Positions 56,640 to 64,000 of a stretch of 64,000 bases of DNA are shown piece after piece. The stretch comes from Octopus vulgaris. Lineage: Eukaryota. The translations under genes and the position numbers were made by a program. Location of the stretch: contig OX597821.1 in the NCBI GenBank assembly GCA_951406725.2, positions 3,844,001-3,908,000 on the forward strand, written 5' to 3'. Position 1 is the stretch's first letter. The number at the start of each line of letters is the position of its first letter. Under the pieces are notes generated by a model. The model was not told the DNA's origin. It did not search any database and worked only from the letters and a program-made list of their open reading frames with translations.

Positions 56640-58639
56640 CAGAGCATGTATGTATGGATGTTTCTGAGTATTATTATTTCGCTTAGAGGATTGCGCAACA
56701 AGTGGAAAAGGAATCTGGTAGATAAGAGGACATTATTCGATTTTTTCTAGGAAATCTACTAAGAGATTTCAAACTTACCTTTCTATGCTTGGATAACAGC
56801 AAACGAATCCACATTATATGCTCATACACTGGCCTCCTTACAGTAGTAGATTTCAATTAAAAGTGTGAGAGGAATGTCCGATCAAACAAATTCTACAATA
56901 AAGACACTTGCAGGAATTTATTTGTGTACTACATATCAGGCTTCCGTATCCGTTCCACGGCCGGTTATATAGACAATGAACATTGCTGTATCGAGACAAA
57001 ATTTTGAATTCTCAAATCATAAAATTATACAAGGTAATTGAAGGTAACTACGACTTGGCATCTATAAATGGTCGCGTAAGCCCAATAAACTGCGGATTTA
57101 TTGTAATATCTGAAGTTACCTGAATTCAGTGACCTTAGAGTAGTTTTTAAACTCAGAACTTAGAGAACCAAAACCAATCCCGGTAACGAAGTTTTTTCAA
57201 CGCTACCATTAATTTGCCAAGGAAACCTTTTTTGTTTCAAAGAAAGGACCCACATTTAACAACCTAGTAGAGTGGAATTTGTGTCAATGCAGGCTATAAA
57301 ATCATCGTTTAGGTACCTCACCAAACGCAACCGTATTTCTGCTCCTTTCAACATTAAGAAACATTTCTTTTCTCACAATTTAGAGAATAATTTATGAATC
57401 GTTTTACAAAAATATGAATACGATATATCTTCCAGTGTATCACGCTATCACGCAATCTCGCGGTATGTTATAAAATACCTGCCCAGCCTCCTCGTTCATA
57501 TCACATCATACACTCTTACATAAAGGATAAACGTGTATGAAAATCAAAGAGATAAGATCATTACAGTACGTCTTTGATCATAGTTTCCTTGCTCAATGAC
57601 GATCAGGGTTAAACACCACTACCGCCATCTCCACAACGAAGAACAACAATAACTACAACAAATGTACAATTTATAGAAAGTGAGCTTTTCTGTATTATAT
57701 TATGCATTTCTCTTTCTAGACAAACATATGAATTGAATAAATACGCTATTCAATCTATTCAATTTTAAATTTGAATAGAATTGTTGCAGAGTTCTTTCAG
57801 ATAGCTGTGATGGATATACAAAATATTGCATTTTGATGAAATATTTACATCTTAATCAATCATTTGTCAAAATAGAATAAAGTTATGTAGTGAATGTGAG
57901 TAAAAGCTAAAAAAAAATTAAGATAACTGCATTATTATTAATAATTGAGAGAAAATAAATTTCCTGATTTAAAATGTATTGCTTGTCAAAAATGATAACA
58001 AATGCAAAACTTTAGCGAATTTTACACTATAACTCGGCATTCGGGTAATTAGGTTGCTTAGACGACAACTGCAACAGCAACAACAGCAGCAATAACAACA
58101 GCAACAACAACAAAATTAACAATAACTTGAGGAATAGCATTAACAGCCAATTCGATGATTGAATTCAAATCAGACTAAAGGGTTGTGGACTGGTATAATG
58201 CATTTATTTATTTTTATTCGACGTTATGTCTGAATGGTAAACAAATGCGTGAGGTGTTCACGATATTAAAATCTACAGTTGTATATGTCACAGACGACAT
58301 ATACAGAATGACACAAAGGTACAGAGCCTTACTCTATGAACTGGAAAACAGTAGACTCAAACAAAATGATACTCTGAGTATAAGTCCATCAAATATTCAA
58401 TCAGCATAGGCCAAAAAAACATATAATTCCTGATACAGATTATTTCTTGTATGCATTAAATCTAAATCGCTGTATAAAATCAAATATGTGTGTGTGAGTG
58501 TAGGAGTGTCGGTGAGTGTGTGTGTATGTGTGTGTGAACGCTTAAGTAGTGACAAACCAAAATGCAACGATCAAAGAAGGGTAGATCGAAGATAAATATA
58601 TTAAAGGATTGAAAGAAACAAGAAGAAAAAATAGTTATA

Positions 58640-58869
58640 TTTTCAAAAGATGAGGAATTATGTACATTATTTACATTATTTACATTTGACGGATATTTGT
58701 CCTCATCTTTGTTGTTATCACAATGTTTCGGCTGATACACCCTCCAGCCTTCATCAGCTCTCTTGGGGAAATTTCGAACCTAGTTTTTCATTCCTATATC
58801 ATCCGAAACGTTATGTTGATGACAAACAAGATGAGGACAAATATCCGTCAAATGTAAATAATGTAAATA
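58640..58869 (-). mobile_element. Second copy of the hammerhead module, with an inverted partial duplication
   Basis: CTGATGA-aggctg...cagcc-GAAA at 58717-58762 on the minus strand. 58797-58869 is an inverted copy of 58668-58737. Confidence 0.75.
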
Positions 58870-58972
58870 GGGAGAAAAAAATTGCGATGCTGATATTATG
58901 AAACCTCTTTCCATGGGAGGAATTATGTGTACATCTATGTATACACTCACACACATAAACACACACACACAC

Positions 58973-59059
<87 letters not shown>

Positions 59060-59502
59060 AAGAGAAAAAGAGAGAGAGAGTGCATTTGAACTAAATTTGA
59101 TGATGTTTATGTCGCCTTTCTTCAACGGTGAATCGTCAACGGTGTTAATCAGCGTAAACTTGAATCTGAGACAAATTTAACTGATATGGGGGATTTGGAA
59201 ACCGTTTGAATATCAGAAATGATTTACCTGTGCCATGATGATTCGATGGACGTATGAAATCGCGGACATCATGACTACTCCTCAATGCTATATAAACCCT
59301 GTAAATAATGAAATACCTGACATGAACAGCTGCAACAGAGACTACGCCACTATGGCCAACGGGAAGGGACGTAGCGAACGCTTGGACTGCAATCATACAT
59401 CAGAATTCATCCTTATTTGTTTCAAAAGTGTTTTAGGCTCAATTTAGATGCAGGAAACTATGGTCAATCCCTGACTGGAGAGTTTTGCTGCTGAAAGAAC
59501 AT

Positions 59503-59911
59503 GTGGGACTGAACCTGGGACCATGTGGTTGAGAAGGAAGCTTCTTACTACACAGCCACTCCTGAGCCTATATATATGTATATATGTTAATGTGTGTGTG
59601 TGTGTGCATACGTGTGTGCGTGTAGGTGTAACTTCATGACAGTTAACCATACTTCCGGAAATGTTGTTGAAGAATTTTTACCAGCCGCAAATTCTGGCTT
59701 CGTAATTCTCCGCATTGTAATTCCATAGTATGCAGTGAGGAACGCATGGGTCAGGTTCCGAATAGGTCATAAAGCCATGGGGGAAACTGAGAGAAACTAA
59801 GCCATAATCTAGTAGATATTTTGTTAAAAACTTTCACTTTCTAAACTGTTGTCAGAAATACACACATGTCAAATTATTGAGCGCTGCATACTGGCTATAA
59901 AGGCAAACACA

Positions 59912-59973
<62 letters not shown>

Positions 59974-60144
59974 CTATATTAGAAAACACTCGCACAAGGT
60001 ACCACGCAGTGGGACTGAACTTGAGACCATGTGGTTGTGAAGGAAGCTTCTTACCACACAGCCACTCTTGAGCCAATATAGATGTTAATATGTTTATGTG
60101 TGTGTGCGTGTGTGCGTGTAGGTGTAACTTCACGACAGTTAAGC
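59503..60144 (-). mobile_element. Two SINE family B heads (59503-59568 and about 59985-60075) within a local duplication
   Basis: gtgggactgaac...ccatgtggttg...cacagccactc(c/t)tgagcc occurs twice, each time with the same flank. Confidence 0.8.
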
Positions 60145-60535
60145 CAGTGTTTCGAAGGGTTGTAGTCTTGATCATTATATCGTGTATTTGATTATTGGTC
60201 AGCGATCCCAATACGAATCTGAGTATGTCACCCTTTTGTTGGTACTCCATTCTTGTCATCTACGAATGTGTACTAGAAAGATTGCCCGCTAATTTTCCTC
60301 TTTCCCCCGTTGCATTTTCTATGCAAATTTGGCTAAACAAGATTGTGCTTCTTATGACTACTTAGGCTTCTAGAACAGCTAACGGGTATAAGTACAATCT
60401 ACGAGGCCATACCCGCAGGCATGTGGCGGCAAAGCTGATGCAGTCATACGTAAGGAGACACATACACAAAAGCTAACACACATCTATGTATGTATCTCGC
60501 GTTCTCTCTCACTGTCTCTTTCTCTCTCTTTCTGT

Positions 60536-60577
<42 letters not shown>

Positions 60578-61378
60578 GTGTGCATGTGTGTGCATGCGCG
60601 CGCGTGTGTTGCTGGTTGGCTACCTGGTCCAGCTCAATTTATTATCATTGGCTCACAATACCTCTGGGCTGGATAGAATGACATCGGTTCACATCGGGTG
60701 TTCTTTGTCGTCCATAAGTAAATCATGTTTCTCAAAGATTGATTTATTTCCAGACGCATTATGTACTTGTAAATGCCGGGTACATTTGTGACTTTATTTA
60801 GAGTGTATTTACAACCGAAAATATTGTAATGACTTCACTCAATTCTATTATCCTTTTGGCTTATTTTGTCTATTCCTGACGTTCCAGAAATACTCTAAAA
60901 ATAATGTAACTGTGTGTAAAGCGGAAGAAATACCTGTATAGAATGTTGTGTTATGTTATTATGTATCTGCGTATGCTCGAAGAGGAAATCAGTGGGCATT
61001 TGTGCAATCGTGTGCGGACGATAGCTTGTGCTCGCGTTGTTTGGTTATGCGTGATCGTGCATGAATATATGTGCGAATATATGTGTCTGTGTGTGTATGT
61101 GTGTGAGAGAGAGGGAGGGGAGAGAGCCGGCGAGAGAGAAAGAGAGAGTATGTGTGTTGATGTAATTCGTGACTGACGTTAACAATACAGAATCTATTTC
61201 GTACCCAGTTTCTAGATGCCAGCTATATTCATTGCAGAAACCAACAGCTCTTACTCATATAGGTATATTATGTGTGTGTACGTATATATACATCTTTATA
61301 TATATATGATATATATATATATATACACGCATACACATTCACGTATGTATATATATACACACGCACATGCACATTCAC

Positions 61379-61427
<49 letters not shown>

Positions 61428-62940
61428 CATACATGCATATGTGTGTTTATATACATGAATAAGTGTTTCTTTGTGTGTTTATGTGTGAGTATATGTGTGC
61501 AATCGTCTGAGTCGTTGTGAGTATTTGTACGTATAAGAGTGTGTGAGTGTATCTTTCCAAAATGAATATTTTCGCTAACATACCTTGTATATTTAAAATC
61601 ACCATTTATAATCTGGTTTAAAATAGATTTCCAACTGTAAACCTCTAAGGCATATGAGCCAAACTAGGATTTACAAAAGTCATATATTCCTGCAATATAA
61701 AGATGGCGATTAATCTTATTGTGTGCCCAATATTAATTCGCATGTCTTTTTCTTTTATATTTTATTAATTCATTACTTTTTTTTACATTTTATATTGATG
61801 TCCTTTGGCGATTGGGGATTTTTTAAATACTGTATTAGGTTTCTTTTTCCATATTACTGAAATTAAATATTTCTGCAACCATGTTACATATTCAAAAAGT
61901 TAAATATTTTACAGTATAATCTTTCAATTTATATTGGAAAATCAACAGAAACCTAATCTGCGCTATGCTTGGATGAAAACATACAATCGGTTGTTAGTAT
62001 TCACTCCGAACAATATGAGATTATTCCGCTTAATTAATTGATACTGAAATATAGAGTATTTATTGCTAATTTGAAAGTGTTGTATTCGTTTACTCATATA
62101 CATTCTATTTTAAGCGCATACTGAAAAGTAAACAAATGGATTATAGCTCAGGTTTGTTTGTCTATGGGAAGAGTTTATGAGAACGTAATTACAAGTTTTT
62201 AATGTCTTCAAACAAAAGGCTATGAATCTTCCGTCTACGGAATGAATTGTAGGTTGTGATTTTATATGGCGTGTACAAAATTTGCTTCAAAGTGTTCATA
62301 TTAAAACTAATCTAAAATAGGGAACAAACGAATCAACGTTAGAATATTTCTAAGATTATCAAATAATTGTTGTCTATTGTTGTTTATTAAGCACTTCACT
62401 TTTTCAGTTTGTACACTTTTATACAAATTAAAACTGGTTATCTGAACAGAAGTTCATTAAAGGAGAACACGTAGCACTCTATGTATATTGTTATTCAGAT
62501 GCAATTCAGAGGCATTCGGAGGCAGGAATCAAAAAGTACATACAAAAGTAAGAATATATTTTTATAACTTAATAGTCAGATCTCTTTATAATGAATGACA
62601 TTTTACTTAGTACGCATAAAGAATAAAAACAGGACAAGGAAACCAACATAGAGGGCTTTTTTAAGCCTAGACGGTGGAAAAATTCGTTGGAGCGCGATTC
62701 AGAAAATCGACTTGCTAGAGACAGAAGAAGTCGGTGTTGACTTGTTGAAATCTGCGAGTGAAAGAAAGTTAGTAGTCATGACTGCGGCCAGAGAGAGGAG
62801 GAGTGAGAGAGAGAGAGAGTGAGAGAGGGGCAAAGAAACCAGAAAGGGTGAAAAATAAGGAGAGAGACAGGTAGAGATGAAGACAGACAGGCAGGGAGGA
62901 AAGGTCAAGTAAAGGCTTAAAGAGTGCGCGTCATAATTAT

Positions 62941-63281
62941 TAATAAAAACTTACTTGGAGGATAAGAAACGACGCGAGGCGCTCAGTCATATAATAACAA
63001 TTTAACAAATATGCTTTTACGTCCTGTTCTTGTAATTCTTTTCTTTTTTTACCCCTCTGCAAAAGAATTTAATTTAATTCATTTTGTAGGAAGGACTGCT
63101 TCGGCCGGATCGTGTTCTGCCTTTACCTTCCAAACACGCATTGATTGGAACCAGGAGCAGCTGATGAAGGGGAATATTACTTGTATTGTTTGTCTTGTAC
63201 TCTGTTTTTTCGTTGTTTTGTTTTTAAGTTTTCGTTTCACGTTGTGGTCTACGTTTATTTGTGGTGTCCTGTACACACACC

Positions 63282-63317
<36 letters not shown>

Positions 63318-63471
63318 CACATATATATATATATATATATATGCATGTATATATACATATATATGTAGGTATGTACATATATGTCTGTATGCATATGTTT
63401 TATTTGTTAAATTGTAATTATATGACTGAGCGCCTCGCGTCGTTTCGTATCCTCCAAGTAAGTTTTTATTA
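62941..63471. repeat. 71-bp inverted repeat (2 mismatches) with a spacer of about 390 bp
   Basis: 62941-63011 versus 63401-63471. The right arm runs into (TA)n. Confidence 0.92.
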
Positions 63472-64000
63472 TATATATATATATGCATATATGTAGTTAT
63501 GTATGCATGATATAATATCAAATATGTATATATGCAATTATGTGTGTATGAACCCGGAAGTGTATATGCACGTGATGTATGTTTATTTATGAAGAGTAAC
63601 TTTTATTCAGCCTAAATAATGAATTAATTTTCTATGAGAATGGATAGTTTAAGAAAGCGGAACATAAATATAGTGGCGATGAATATCGAGATAATATTTC
63701 GTAGATATCTCTACAATGAAATCAAAAGCTATTAAGAGGCAATACAAACTTGTATATACGTTCAATAGCGAAAGCAAACATCCATGCCTATTCGTATCAG
63801 TAAATATATATTATATATTATATATTTATTATATATGTTATTTATGTGTGCGTGTAAGTGTGTGTTTGTGTATATACACATGAATATATATTCACGTAAA
63901 CACATTTACACGCATGTAATTATAAATGTATATGTGTAAAAGTAAATATATCTGTATGCACGTGTATGAAGTTCTAAATGTTGGCATTGATAAAAATGAG

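Noticed and set aside
63160-63185. CTGATGA inside the 62941-63471 spacer
   Set aside because: No matching GAAA/UH or stems were found.

Overview
This is an AT-rich, microsatellite-saturated animal genomic window. Its repeat complement looks like an octopus/cephalopod genome (inference). There is no intact long ORF, and almost all ORFs in the track are simple-repeat artefacts. The window is probably intronic or 5' sequence of a minus-strand gene: a candidate signal-peptide exon at 23581-23827 can splice in frame to a 15-nt microexon at 2925-2939. The rest is a mosaic of at least four tRNA-derived SINE families, decayed Tc1/mariner elements, an RTE LINE 3' end with an inverted RTE-like 5'UTR, and a Penelope-like element (PLE) GIY-YIG fragment. 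The most notable signal is a set of at least five unrelated small elements carrying minimal type-I hammerhead ribozyme motifs. Most sit in (TA)n or (AAT)n tracts and several have inverted-duplicated arms. They include a perfect palindrome with back-to-back hammerheads and a possible tRNA-headed hammerhead SINE. All calls were made by eye; family names are inferences and the boundaries of decayed repeats are approximate.
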